A stretch of DNA of 59,142 nt from Octopus bimaculoides (taxonomy: Eukaryota). The translations under genes were made by a program, and so were the position numbers. A model generated the notes under the pieces. That model was not told where the DNA came from, did not search any database, and was given only the letters and a program-made list of their open reading frames with translations. The DNA is taken from assembly GCF_001194135.2 (NCBI RefSeq), contig NC_068983.1, forward strand, positions 79,322,678 through 79,381,819. Reading direction: 5' to 3'. This document shows, piece by piece, positions 23,707 to 37,089 of this stretch (position 1 is its first letter; each line of letters starts with the position of its first letter).

Positions 23707-26275
23707 GTAATATCTCTTGTTAGCTGAACAAATGCACAAAAGTGAGAAACAGGAAATCCTCAGCTTTGAACATCCAATGCATGTTTTACAACATGTATTC
23801 ACTTCTTTTTCTCTCTTCTATTCACCACACACATGCATACACATGTGAATGTGTGTGTGTGTGTGTCTGTATGTATAGTCCCCTTTAGCTGCTGAAAGAA
23901 ATTATTTCCAACAGATCTGATAGTCATGTGTATGTATTTCTACTCACATCTAACTTTTCCTGTAATGCTATAATTATCTTCAACCCAAACTTTAATAGAG
24001 TCACCTTGATAGCAGAACCTAGCTATCATTTTCCTGTGTAAACCATCAGAGCTGTCCATGTCCTTTAATTTGTGACTTGCCTTACCAGTAACTAATCTAA
24101 TATTTCAAAAAGTGTGTTAGGCTTGTAGAATTGTGTGATAAGGGCAGCATTTATTTCTAATTACTTACTTTCATGATTATTGGTGGAATTGTTAACGGAA
24201 AAGATAAGCTTGTAAGAAAGAAATTACATTTTACTTTATTATATGGTTTTGTAACTGCTGCTGTCAGGTAACAGAAAATGTGATTTCAGTTTCACAATGT
24301 AATAATTAAGCCTAGTTGATCTGCATACCGAAAATAACATTCACTTTGACAGTTGTGGGGAAAATAAAATAAAACTTTATATAATTAGCTTTTAACGTAG
24401 ATTCTCTAGTTAAGCAATAATGTATTCCTATTGCATTTGTTATCTACAAGAATAACATGAATACTGTTAAGTACAAGAATTCTGTTGTTGATTTGCCATT
24501 AATTTAATTTATTGCTTGAGAATGTATATAACTTCAAAATTGAACTTTTTTTTTTAACTGAATTCTTTCAGATGAACAAAATAAATTATTGTAAATATAA
24601 TTAAGAACAAAAATTGTTATTTATCTTCATAAAATAATTAAATTTCAAAATTGCTCTCATTTTGCATTTGTAGTCTTAGTGTCATTCTTCATTAAAATAG
24701 TATATGTATTGACTAGTAGAGCCTTAAATTTACAATTACAAAACCCTGTGTTCAACTTTAGGTTTTATAATTGAATGTGAAATTATAGTACTGCCCTATA
24801 GAACTAGCCATATAATTTGCACCTTAATACAACCATTAATTTATTATAAAATAAGACATACTTTACCTGGCTTAATCTCAATACTTCCTTAGCTATAGAT
24901 AGATAACATTTTAATTTCACTGTTGAAGAATTGGCAACAGAAAGGGCAACTAACTATAAAAATTATTTTCTTCAATGAAATTGAAATGGGCAGTTTTGCA
25001 GCTATTCATGATAGCTTTAAATATTATTGTAAGATTATAAATAAAAATGATTACAATCATTTTAACATTCCAGTGGAGTGTAAAGTGTTTACAGTAAAGA
25101 CATAATATATGAGCATCTGTTGGACCAACAAGAGAGAACTATATTAACACCCAGCATTATTAGAGTAACAATCAATTTACCTCTTTACCAACTGACCTTC
25201 AAGTTTTGAATGAGAACATGTTGAACTCATAAATCTGTGGACAGTATACTTTATAAGATGAAACCTCTATGCAGCCACTTATTCTTTCTAAAATAATCTG
25301 TTAATAAATAACAGTCAAATTCCTCCAAATCATGCTGTACCATCTTTACTGAGAGACCCATTAGATGGTATAGTCTTCAGTATACTAAAAGAGATGATGA
25401 ATATAGCTGGCATACCTTTAATATCTGCTTAGTCAGGGCTGACCTGGGCAAAGTCGTTAATTGCTTGACTTGTCAAATAATGTCTATTATGATTGCTAAC
25501 AATTAATGAAAAGCAATTTTTGGTAACTTGTTATTGTTGTGTCACTCCCAAACCACGATTGGTTTTTGTTACATGAATAAATGCAATGAGTTTTTGAACT
25601 AAATAATAATATTGATGTAATGATAATAAAAATAACATTTTTTAAAGTTCAATGTCTAGTTATTCTCTTGTGGGCAGGTGTCAACATCTCAAATGAAACA
25701 TCAGATCTAACTTTTCACTTGCACATTAGCTCAGATGCTGTATTAAACTGTGAATACGTGAATACTATAACAGTATAAATAGTCCTTGCTTTGCAAAGTG
25801 GTCTGTGTTCTAATATACACGAATTATGGAATATCTACAGTTTTATCGAGATTTGTGGAGCATTACTGTCTTGAGACTTCTGTGAGGAATAAGCACAGGG
25901 ATTGTGTATGATTGGAATACAAATTCATATTGGTTGCAGAAGGAAAAAAGTTTTTCTATGCATAGACAAATATCTTTAATACCAAACACATGTGACATAT
26001 GGATTACTCAAGCTAGCAAGAGAGTATCTAAGCAGTTGCTCTACAAGTCTTCAATTTTAATCAATCTCTCTTGAGTAATCTCAACATTAGATATTAGAAA
26101 CCAATGACAAAAAGCTTTCTTGCTTAATGAATATTTATAATGTGCCAATATGATATGAAGAATATACTTCAATAAATAAATGTTAAATGTTACTGAAATT
26201 TAATGTTGAGCTACTAAGTTAGTTCACTAGGTGAATGATCTACTGAGCATGAAGGAGTTAAATATTTCAATACAG

Positions 26276-26327
26276 ATATAGACAAGATGGAAGTTGTAGA
26301 AGATTCAGCTCGTCATTTTTGTGACAA
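26276..26327 (+). CDS. Candidate 52-nt exon (D)IDKMEVVEDSARHFCD
   Basis: Acceptor atatttcaatacag, consensus donor AA|gtaagt, single open frame (phase 1 to 2). Confidence 0.35.
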
Positions 26328-26989
26328 GTAAGTTAATATTAACTATTTCTTCCTATTTGCTCATAAGAACTTCGAGTCCATTAATAAAATACTTTCGAAC
26401 TGTTTTCTGCATCATTAGTAGGAAAATACTTCTTTAGAGAAGAGTCAATAATTGGAATCTTATCTTACAATGCATATTGAAATGGACTAGATAATTATTC
26501 AAAGTTATAGTCTCACCATAAAATCCACATGAACTGCTCATTTAGCTGTTATAGAGAATTTCTGATGAGGAAATTACCTGGTACCTCTGGGATATATAGA
26601 ACTTCAATGAAGTTCTGCCATAAATGTTGAAGTTAAGAGACCATGTTTTGTATTTTCTCAGTTTTCTCACTGTAACTTTTGTTCTTCTGGTCTGGTTGTC
26701 ATCTATATGAGTGGCTGGTATTTACACAAGAGATGCTGCTGTAATTATTATTTATCAGATAACCCATTTGGAAATATATCAATGCTATTAACTCCAAGAA
26801 TGTAATGGACAGCTATGTTTCTAAATGTTAGTCTTTAAAATCTTTTGATATTATGTTATATTTTATTCAATAATTATAGACATGAACAAATCTGAGTTAT
26901 GTTAAGTATTTTCTTTACTGTAAGAAAATAGGGAAGACTTTTGGATTCCAAGATACATTTCCGAATTCCCTAATGTTAGACCATTTGAT

Positions 26990-27260
26990 ACTTCAGCCAT
27001 TCACCACCTGACACAAAGCTACTTCCTTCAATATTGTACCCCCAACTCTGCCAAAGGGTCTTGTCTTGTGAGTTACTTAGCGATCTCACTAGTACCAGTG
27101 CCATGAAAAATGCACCCAATACATTCTGTAAAGTGGTTGATATGAGGAAAGGCATCCAGTCATAGAAACCATACCAAAGCAATACTGTCCTCAGGCTTGT
27201 TGGATACTGTCAAACCATTCATCACATACCAGCATGGTATAAAGACATTAAATGTTTCTC
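26990..27260 (+). mobile_element. Decayed family C (RTE-tail) repeat
   Basis: gagttacttagcgatctcactagtacc..tgtaaagtggttga..aaaggcatccagtcatagaaaccataccaaa; similar to 17740-17900 and 58470-58660. Confidence 0.6.
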
Positions 27261-28106
27261 TCATTGATCAAAAAAATTTAAACATAGTGCTAATTAATAA
27301 GGTTTCTTAACCAATAAAGAATCAAGATAGTGTATCTGTACCTATTTTCATATGAGTATTCTTATTCCATTCATGACTAACCTAACTTCATTTTCCTCTG
27401 AAATGCTATTGGTACCAGCATTAAACAATATCATCAGCTCTTTTTAAGCCTATCAAATAAAAATTTAAAATTTTATTGTGATATATAAATGTCTAAGCTG
27501 CAAAAACCTTAACTGAAATTGGATGACAATAAACAACCAAATCACAGACAACCAAGTTGATTACTTTTTATTAATGCTTTTAAAATGGGAATTGTCTGAA
27601 ATGACTAATGTAGAATAATATATTGAGTTACATTTCAGAATGACTAATTTAGAATAAAATACCAGTTAAACTACTAAATACAGATGTTTAGTAGTAGTAA
27701 TATGCCTTTTATAAATAGATACTAGTATGTCATCTTATGGTCTCTTAAAACACTCTGTAGAAATTTCACTCAGAAATAAAAACCATAAGATTAATTCTAA
27801 ATATATATACATTGTCAAAGAATCTTCAAAGCAAAATGAGAGATTTTAAAATATTCTTTCTTTATTGAATGTTTCACTTTGGAACTTAGTTTCAGCTGAT
27901 ATCTTCCCACAAATCCTTCAGTCACAAAAAAAAGAGAAAAGACAAAGAAGAAAACTATATTTTAATTCTTATCTTCTAAAAGAAAAAAAAAGAAAAAGAA
28001 AAAAAAACAGTTCAACAAGTTTGATTTAGTACATAAATATTCAATAAGACATTTCAGAAAAGTATACATACATACATACATGTACGTACATACATGTATG
28101 TGCATA

Positions 28107-29735
28107 TCATCATCATCATCATCATCGTTTAACGTCCATTTTCCATGCTGGCATGGGTTGGGTGGTTTGACTGAGGTCTGGAAAGTCAGCGGCTATACCA
28201 GGCTCCAATCTGATCTGGCAATGTTTCTACAGCTGGATGCCCTTCCTAATGCCAACCACTCTGAGAGTGTAGTGGGTGCTTTATACATGCCACTGGTACA
28301 GGAACTGCTCAAGCAGGCCTGGCATTGATCACGTTCAGACAGTACTTTTTACGTGCCCCTGGCACAAGGGCCAGTCAGGGGGTACTGGCATTGGCCATGT
28401 TCAGATGGTGCTTTTTTACATGCCACCAACATGAGAGCCAGTCAGGGGGCACTGGCCTCAGCTACTATATTGGTTTTAATTGACTCAACAGGTCTTCTCA
28501 AGCATATCATATCGCCTGATGCATCAGGGATACTCTTAACTGGGCCAAACATGCATGGCTGTGATCTCACTTTAGTTTCTGGGTCTTCTCAATCACAGCA
28601 TATCTCCAAAGGTCTCGGTCTCCTGTCATTGCTTCTGTGAGACCCAATGTTCGAAGGTCATGCTTCACCACTTCATCCCATGTCTTCCTGGGTCTACCTC
28701 TTCCACAGGTTCCTTCCATAGATAGGGAGTGGCACTTCCTCACACAGCTGTCCTCATCCATACATAACACATGACCACACCAGCACAGTCGTCTCTTTTG
28801 CACACCACGTTTGATGCTTTTTATGTCCAACTTTTCTCTCAAGGTGCTTACACTGTTATCTTTGCACACTGACATTACACATCCAGCTGATCATACTAGC
28901 TTCATTTCTTTCAAGCCTACGTATGTCCTCAGCAGTCATAGCCTATGTTTCACTGCTGTGTAGCATGGCAGTTCACACACATGCATTATACAGTCTACCT
29001 TTCATCCTGAGTGAGAGGCCCTTAGTTGCCAGCAGAGATAGGAGCTCCCTGAATGTTGCCCAGGCTATTCTTATTCTAGCCACAACACTCTCACAGCAAC
29101 CACCTCAACTACAGACTTGGTCACCTAGGTAGCGGAAGCTATTAACTACTTCTAGTTTCTTCCCGTGGTATGTGATGGAATCTGTTTTCTGTACATCTTC
29201 AGTGTTTATTGCTCCAGTGCATCTGCAGACACAAAAACTATTTTCTCAGTTAACCTTCCTTTGATATTGCTGCACCTTTCATGTCTCCATAGCTTACATC
29301 AGGTACATCATATGGAGTTTCTACCCATGCCTTTTCTACTGAAGGGGTTTGTGATTTGACAACCTTCCTACTTACTAAGACTTTGGTTATTGCTAGGTTA
29401 ACCCTAAGGCATTCTAGACCTTGCTTCCACACCCTAAACTTCGTCTCTAATTCTGGCAGTGATTCAGCTATTAGAGGAAGGTCATCAGCATACAGGAACT
29501 CCCAGGGGCAGCCTGTCTTGAATTCCTCTGTTATTTCCTGGAGGACTATAATGAATAAGAGGGGGCTGAGGACTGATCCGTGGTGAACCCCTACTTCTAC
29601 TCAGAATTATTCTCTATATTCATTGCCAACCCTCACCTTACTGACATTATCCCTTGTACAAGGCTTGTACAGCTCTTACCAATTATTGTCTATCCCCAGT
29701 TTCTGCATTGAACACCAGATAAGGGATTGGGAGAT
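28107..29735 (-). mobile_element. 5'-truncated RTE-clade LINE (RT domain, C-terminus, 3' UTR, (GAT)n tail), inactivated by frameshifts and stops
   Basis: GVHHGSVLSPLLFIIVLQEITEEFKTGCPWEFLYADDLPLIAE (YADD), VWKQGLE..RVNLAITKVLVS, VNSFRYLGDQ, RRLCWCGHVLCM..GRGRPRKTWDEVVKHDL; catcat tail at 28107-28126. Confidence 0.95.
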
Positions 29736-29749
29736 GTATATGTATGCTC

Positions 29750-29784
<35 letters not shown>

Positions 29785-30079
29785 ACACACATACATCATC
29801 ATTTTGATTTTTGTTTTGAAAATACTTAGAAGTAAAATAAATAACAATTGAGTTTTTACTGTCAGTGAATGAATTTCATACTCGATACCAATTAACATAT
29901 TTATTTTGTTTTAATTATGAAATCATGAAGTGAAAAGTAAACTTTTGAGTTAAAATAATAACCATGGATATTTTTAAGATCAATATTTAGCTTCTATTTA
30001 ATTAGTTAGACTGTTTACATTTTCATATAAGTTGTATTCTATATGAAGTGATGTCATATTTATGAATATGATGTCATGT

Positions 30080-30277
30080 TTATGAATGTGAATAATCATA
30101 ATAATTATTATTATTTATTTGAGGAAATAACTGTTAGCTATTGTGAAAAGTCTTCAGGGAACTTATGTCCGTTTTCTTACTTATGAATGTGCTTATTATT
30201 TATTTATGTATTTATTTATTTATTTATTGAAGAAATAACTGTTAGCAATTGTGAAGAGTCTTCAGGGAACATAAGTC
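30080..30277. repeat. Local tandem duplication (~100-bp unit)
   Basis: 30121-30169 vs 30229-30277 match 44/49; both are preceded by ttatgaatgtg and an AT microsatellite. Confidence 0.85.
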
Positions 30278-30559
30278 ATGGTTAATGGCAGATATGTATG
30301 ATGTTTCTGACAACATATACTAACTTGATGATTTTTATGCTTTTAATTTAATAATTCAATGTTGCTATAGCTCAATATATATATATCTTATAAATCGTAC
30401 TATTAATAGTTGACTACTAAAGCAAGAAAGAATAGACTCAAGGATGTGATTAGTCTGTCTTAAATTCAATCACAGAGATTCATGGAACCCACTAAAGAAC
30501 TGTTATTGTAAATCACTGACGTTGACTGCTAAGGAAAACACTTTCTTTTTTTATTATTT

Positions 30560-31141
30560 TATTATTTTACTTGTTTCATTCATTGGGGCAGTGGCTATAC
30601 TGGGGCACCCACTTGAAGGGTTTTTTGTTGAACAACAGCTATATCAATTGCATTAAATATTTTAAGTCTAGTACTTATTATATCAGTCTCTTTTCTTTTT
30701 TTTGTCTCACTACTAAGTTATGGGATACAGACAAACCAACACCAATTGTCAAGCTGTGTAGAGTCAAATACATGTGCAAAGATACACACAAACACATATG
30801 CACACACATCATCATCGTTTAACATCTGTCGTCCATGCTGGCATGGGTTGGATGGTTTGACCAGAGCTGGGGAGCTGCATCAGACTCCAGTCTGATTTGG
30901 CATGGTTTCTATGGCTGGATGCCCTTCCTAACACCAACTACTTTTCAGAGTATGCAGGATGCTTTTATGTGGCACCTCATGGGTACTTTTACATGGCACT
31001 ACAAGTGCTTTACACCACCAGAAAGATCAGTCTTAACACGTCTGCTGCTGGGTATGGGTCTTCTTGAGTATAGCTGGGTACCAGGTATCTTGGTCCTTTG
31101 TCATCTTGCCTGAAAGATTCAGCTTCCTGAGGTTGTTCTTC

Positions 31142-31238
<97 letters not shown>

Positions 31239-31400
31239 GTGGGCTTCTACAAAGATTTTGTTTACCAAATTCAGCCACACGGCATTGATCAAGCCAGGGC
31301 TATAATAGAAAACACTTGCCAAAGGTACTGAACAGTAGGACTGAACCTGAAACTCTGGTTGCAAAGTGAAATATTTAATCACAAAGCCATGTCTGCATCT
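30560..31400 (-). mobile_element. Nested cluster: module E (-), family C tail (-, ~30806-31140), (TA)n/(CA)n, family A head (-)
   Basis: Reverse-complement matches to the families above; (TA)n at ~31147-31211. Confidence 0.7.
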
Positions 31401-31609
31401 GAAAATATTTAGTAAGTGGGTGAATTATAATTTTAGCACTAATTCCAAGTATGAAAATAATCTCATTTTGTATCATAGTAAAGCAAAATTCAGGCTTTTA
31501 AAATGAAATGCACTGTTGTGATACAATGTCAGAAAAGTAAAACAGTTGGAAGAATTTTATGAAAAGAAATTGGTTATTCCTAGGAAACCTATAAATGATT
31601 AATTTGTTT

Positions 31610-31985
31610 TCAGTGATCATCATCAGCAGTATCAGTATCATCACTGCCACAATCCTCATCATATGACTGCATATCCTTCCTTGTATCAATGAATTTACAG
31701 TATATTTGTACTGTCATTCATGCATACTAGTATTTTGTATCCAATAGAACTTGCTTGCTTCATTTCTTTCTAGTTTTCACAAATCCATTGCTTTCAAGGC
31801 CCAAGTCTCACTGCCAGACAACATTATACTTTATAAACTAGCAACATACAGTCTATCCTTTACTCTAAGGTAACAGTCTTTCATTGCCAGAAGAGGTGAT
31901 GGATCCCTGAACCATTTCTTACTCTAGTTTTAAGACTCCACTGCTAATTAGGTCCCCTAGGTACAGAAGTAATCTCCATTTAAAT
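31610..31985 (-). mobile_element. Decayed RTE RT C-terminal fragment
   Basis: Minus strand reads LGDLISSG and LRVKDRLYVASL*SIMLSGSETWALKAMDL*KLERNEASKFYW (RTE GSETW...LERNE motif). Confidence 0.8.
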
Positions 31986-33059
31986 CAATAAAAATTTCTA
32001 ATTGACCAAAATCAAGTCCAAGTATGGAACTGTGGCAGTTATTATTATAACAATGTTGCAGATGTCTAGAAAATTTTTAACATTATTCTAAGGATTTCAT
32101 GGAAGGATATTCCAAAACATGAACAAATTGTTTTAATACAAACTTTGTGAGTTTTAATGTTCATTAAAAAAAAAACCCTTGTGTGTTTGGAAGATGAAGA
32201 AGAATGAGTAATGATTTTCATGTTCCTAAAGGTCACAAAATCATATTAATGGCATCATACTATTGAGAAATAAGAATATCTAGAAATATAAATGGGATTC
32301 ACTGTGTAGGTGTGATTGGACATACCACTATAATCATCAAATATAGACAGTTGTTGCTGGATATCAGGAATTAGAGTGGTACACATGTTAAAAGTGACCA
32401 CTTTTTATTGGGATGAATACCACAGTTATAAGTAGGATCAAAAGAGCAAAATAATAACCTTACAGCATTCTCAAATGCTCAACTAGGTTTAGAGTGAGAG
32501 AAAAAAAAAATATTATACTGAAAGTTTCAAAGAAAGGTAACCTTAAGCAGAGATGGTATATAATAGACAGGCATAACTGTAACCTCTAACTTTAAAAGCA
32601 TTCTCCAAAATTCTATTCAGCTAGCTTTCAGGATTCTAATGGATGAACAAACAGGCTTCGAAAGGAAAGAGGCTATACTGTTTAACATTTATCTCATAGC
32701 ATGTAATTCAACAAATCAATAAAATGCAACTTCCTCTCATTCTTTACTTCTGGACCTTTGAAAAGTATTTTTTTTACATTTTTCAAAGTCTATCAAGATT
32801 AATGTGTTTGGTTATGGCACGTGCACACACACTCACACCTCATACACACACACAATGCTGAATTCTCTATCTAAAGAGACCAAGCTCTTTTACAGCATAG
32901 TGACAATGGCTATAGTTGATGAGATGTTCAAGAACACTCGGTGTATTAAAAAGGGCTACTTTTGATTATTCTGTTCAAACTAAGATAAATTATATGAGTA
33001 AAGTATGCTTTCCATGAGTATTTACTTTACATAGTAGCGATTTATCATAGCTCAAGAAA

Positions 33060-33420
33060 TTATCCATTTAAGATAGAGGCCTTTGCATAAGGAGCTTTAT
33101 CTGGAACAAGATATCAAACATCAACATGGCTGCATTCTGGTGACTTAAACAAGAATAGAAGAATGAAAAAAATATTAGCTATTTCCAGCAGCTCATAATC
33201 AGAACCAGGATCCAAATTCCATGGCTAAGCTGACTGAAATATTTTGTTTATGGTAATGTGAGGTTGATAAAGATTGATTTCATATGTACTATAAAAACGT
33301 TGGTGATCTAGAACAATGTAGCGTAAATTATTCTGCCCCAAAACTACAAAATACAGGTGATGGATTTGAACTGGTGGCCCATAAATAAGTAGATTAACAC
33401 TTAACTTGAGCAAACATCAC
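33060..33420 (+). mobile_element. Heavily decayed R4/Dong-type fragment
   Basis: RPLHKE, then TWLHSGDLNK and AAHNQ in shifted frames, echoing the KPLHG..WLxxGxLK..AAQDQ region preceding the CCHC knuckle. Confidence 0.45.
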
Positions 33421-34190
33421 ATACTTATCCATCGCATTCTATATCTGTTATCAAATTCTTTGATTTTGTAATTCTTTTATTGCATTCTTTGTATTGAAAA
33501 TATGTAATATAAAGTGATTAAAGGAACATAATAAATGACAAAATATTTAAAATAATACATGTTAAAATACTTATTTAGATTTTAGTTAAAGTTCTATTTT
33601 AAAATTTTAGTTCTCCTTCCACAAAATTAATCTTGTTTGAAATTAGCACATCCACTTAATGTACTTAAATGTGTATATAATCAATTTCTTTTTAGTTTGG
33701 TTGTCCAATAACAAAATTGCATGTGATAACTCCGTCTCTGTCTCTCTCTCACACACACGCATATATATATATATATATATAGTTGTTTAAGCACAAGGTT
33801 GATTTTTGGTTGAGAAATTGGTTAATACAACTTTTATCAATTAACCTCAAAATGCATTTGTTTGCATTAAAAATTTGTTCAATTCTTAATTATATACTCA
33901 AATTTATAATTTATAATTTCATCAAACTTCAGTTTCTAGTAAATTAAAATAGATTTAGATTTTCTTATATATGCATGAGCTACAATCAGTTAGAGTAAAA
34001 TACAACAGTTATTGATTTCAGTGTGATTGCAGTTGTTTAGATCACAAGAAATTAGCTGAATTTTTAGTTCCCATTAATAAATATAGGAATTCTTTCATAA
34101 AATCTGTAGCAAAAATTTGAAGGACATATAAGTGTGTGTGTGAATCTCTCCATCTCTCTCTGTATGTATGCATGTGTGTATATGTATATA

Positions 34191-34422
34191 TCATCATCAT
34201 CATCATCATCGTTTAACGTCCGCTTTCCATGCTAGCATGGGTTGGACGATTTGACTGAGGACTGGTGAAACCGGATGGCAACACCAGGCTCCAGTCTGAT
34301 TTGGCAGAGTTTCTACAGCTGGATGCCCTTCCTAACGCCAACCACTCAGAGAGTGTAGTGGGTGCTTTTACGTGTCACCCGCACGAAAACGACCACGCTC
34401 GAAATGGTGTCTTTTATGTGCC
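34191..34422 (-). mobile_element. Young RTE 3' tail (family C) running into an assembly gap
   Basis: catcatcgtttaacgtccgctttccatgctagcatgggttggacg...; CpGs retained, unlike other copies. Confidence 0.85.
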
Positions 34423-35106
34423 NNNNNNNNNNNNNNNNNNNNNNNNNNNNNNNNNNNNNNNNNNNNNNNNNNNNNNNNNNNNNNNNNNNNNNNNNNNNNN
34501 NNNNNNNNNNNNNNNNNNNNNNNNNNNNNNNNNNNNNNNNNNNNNNNNNNNNNNNNNNNNNNNNNNNNNNNNNNNNNNNNNNNNNNNNNNNNNNNNNNNN
34601 NNNNNNNNNNNNNNNNNNNNNNNNNNNNNNNNNNNNNNNNNNNNNNNNNNNNNNNNNNNNNNNNNNNNNNNNNNNNNNNNNNNNNNNNNNNNNNNNNNNN
34701 NNNNNNNNNNNNNNNNNNNNNNNNNNNNNNNNNNNNNNNNNNNNNNNNNNNNNNNNNNNNNNNNNNNNNNNNNNNNNNNNNNNNNNNNNNNNNNNNNNNN
34801 NNNNNNNNNNNNNNNNNNNNNNNNNNNNNNNNNNNNNNNNNNNNNNNNNNNNNNNNNNNNNNNNNNNNNNNNNNNNNNNNNNNNNNNNNNNNNNNNNNNN
34901 NNNNNNNNNNNNNNNNNNNNNNNNNNNNNNNNNNNNNNNNNNNNNNNNNNNNNNNNNNNNNNNNNNNNNNNNNNNNNNNNNNNNNNNNNNNNNNNNNNNN
35001 NNNNNNNNNNNNNNNNNNNNNNNNNNNNNNNNNNNNNNNNNNNNNNNNNNNNNNNNNNNNNNNNNNNNNNNNNNNNNNNNNNNNNNNNNNNNNNNNNNNN
35101 NNNNNN

Positions 35107-35145
<39 letters not shown>

Positions 35146-35589
35146 ACACATACAGTGTGAGAGAATTTGTGTATGCTTATTTCCATGGCGTTAAATATTT
35201 ACTATAGCAATAAAATAACTAAGTGATAAGTATTATTTTTGTCATTATATTGTGGTATTTTAGTTAGTTTTTGATAGTTCTATTTCATTTTTGATTTTCC
35301 ATCTTTTAAAGGATTAGGAAAAATGATTTTAATGTTTTACTTTTTCCTGATACTGACTATTTAAGAAATAAATACTATTATCTTCTTTTGAATTGATATA
35401 CACCACCACCACTACCACTACTTTCATCATCATCATCATCATCACCTTCAACAGCACCACCATCATGTGCATACTTTCATTATATGGAAGATATATTTTA
35501 TTGTTTACTCTTTGTAACATTATCTTTAATATTAGAAATGTTAACATATGAGAAAGAAAGATAAAGAGAGCCTATATGTTATCACTTGA

Positions 35590-36525
35590 CCTGCTAAAAA
35601 TAGCAGCCAAATTGGTACAAATCACACCCTACTGATAAAATATGGAAGGAGGTGATGGTGGTCATTGTTAGAATGCCTTTCATCATAAGTCAGTTTTTTT
35701 TTAGGGATAACCTTAGGGTTAAACAACTGCATGAGCAACAACCATTTAGTTATTCTTGTATTGATATATCTTGAAAGCTACACCAAGTCTTATCTATAAG
35801 AAGGAATCTTACAGCTTGGTCCTGCAAGTTAACAGGAGAGAGGTGTTAAAGGGATTTTCTTGTTGGTGTTGTTTAGCACCATGTCAGACCTGGTTGAGTA
35901 AACCTATGATCAAAGGCATTTCAACCATGACCATCTTGTTGTGTATCAAGTACTACATTATCCAATGTAATCCTTTCTTATTTTTAAAATGCTAGGGAGT
36001 TATTCAAAGTATATTTGGCTGCTATTCTGTCAGGTTGAGCCACTTCATTGAAGCTTATTTGTTTATGTTCCCTCTCTCTCTATAAAATAATGAATCTGAT
36101 CAATTTATTAACTTCAAGACATTGTATATTTTATTCACATTAGTCAGTTGATTCTTAGCTGTAGTGAAATTAAGAATAGAAAGGGTTTACTGTTTCATTG
36201 TTTCACTCATTGGACTGTATCCACAGCTGGGGTACCACCTTGAAAGGTTTAGTCCAACATGTTGACCCCATGCTTTTTTTTTTGTTTTTTATTTGTATGT
36301 CTAGCACTTATTTTATCAGTCTCTTTATGAGTACATAAATGAACCAACAGCAATTGTCAAGCAGTGGTGGGGGGAGAAACACATATCTATCTCTCTCACT
36401 CTCTCTCTCTCCACACACACACATATATCTATATATACTTGTCCAAGAGGCTAAATAGTGGAACTGAACCTGAAACCATGTGGTTTGGAAGCAAACATCT
36501 TGCCACACAGCCATACCTGCACCTA
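35590..36525. repeat. Unclassified repeat family H (both orientations), then module E (-) and family A head (-)
   Basis: H motif ..gatcaaaggcatttcaaccatgaccatc..ttggctgctatt recurs at ~20050, 20720, 22310, 45010, 52050. cttgccacacagccatacctgcac at ~36500 is a reversed family A head. Confidence 0.55.
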
Positions 36526-37089
36526 TGATTGATAGCAATTTTGAAATTGTTTCTGAATTTAAGTGACTTTACTTTTTCTTCTTCTTTTTGCATTAATAAA
36601 TGAAAATGCAAATCTAAGCTTCGAATTATTTACTCTGTTCTTAATCAAGCTTTTTATGTTGTTTTCAAATACAAATGATTTAACAATGTTTATCTTTATT
36701 TTCTTTCTCCCTCATTTTCTAAGCTGATCCAATTATAACAACAGGAAGTGTTTTGTATTTTCACTTACTAATTATAAAAGAGAATTTGCTAAGAAAATGC
36801 TATTATTTAATGATTGGATAGTTGCTCAAATGATTATTTTAAGATTTAATATTTATTTTTTCTCATTTTTCCTTTAATGTTTGTATTAGATAATTTCTTT
36901 TTATTTTATTTTTTTTTATTTATATTCCTTTATTTTGAAAAATGAAATGAATTAACAACACACACAAACAAGGAACCTAACTAAGATACTACTTAATGTT
37001 TACTAGTAATCTGATAATTTGTTAAATATAATTAATTTATACATTATTTTCCATGCAGTTAATGATTTGTTGATGTTTTAATAAATAAA

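Noticed and set aside
26598-26616. agaacttca-a-tgaagttct inverted repeat
   Set aside because: 9-bp arms are expected by chance in 59 kb of AT-rich DNA.
34265-35207. Long ORFs (245-367 aa) here and at 49438-50545, 16156-16611, 11577-11857, 45902-46166
   Set aside because: They are open only because they run through N gaps and microsatellites.
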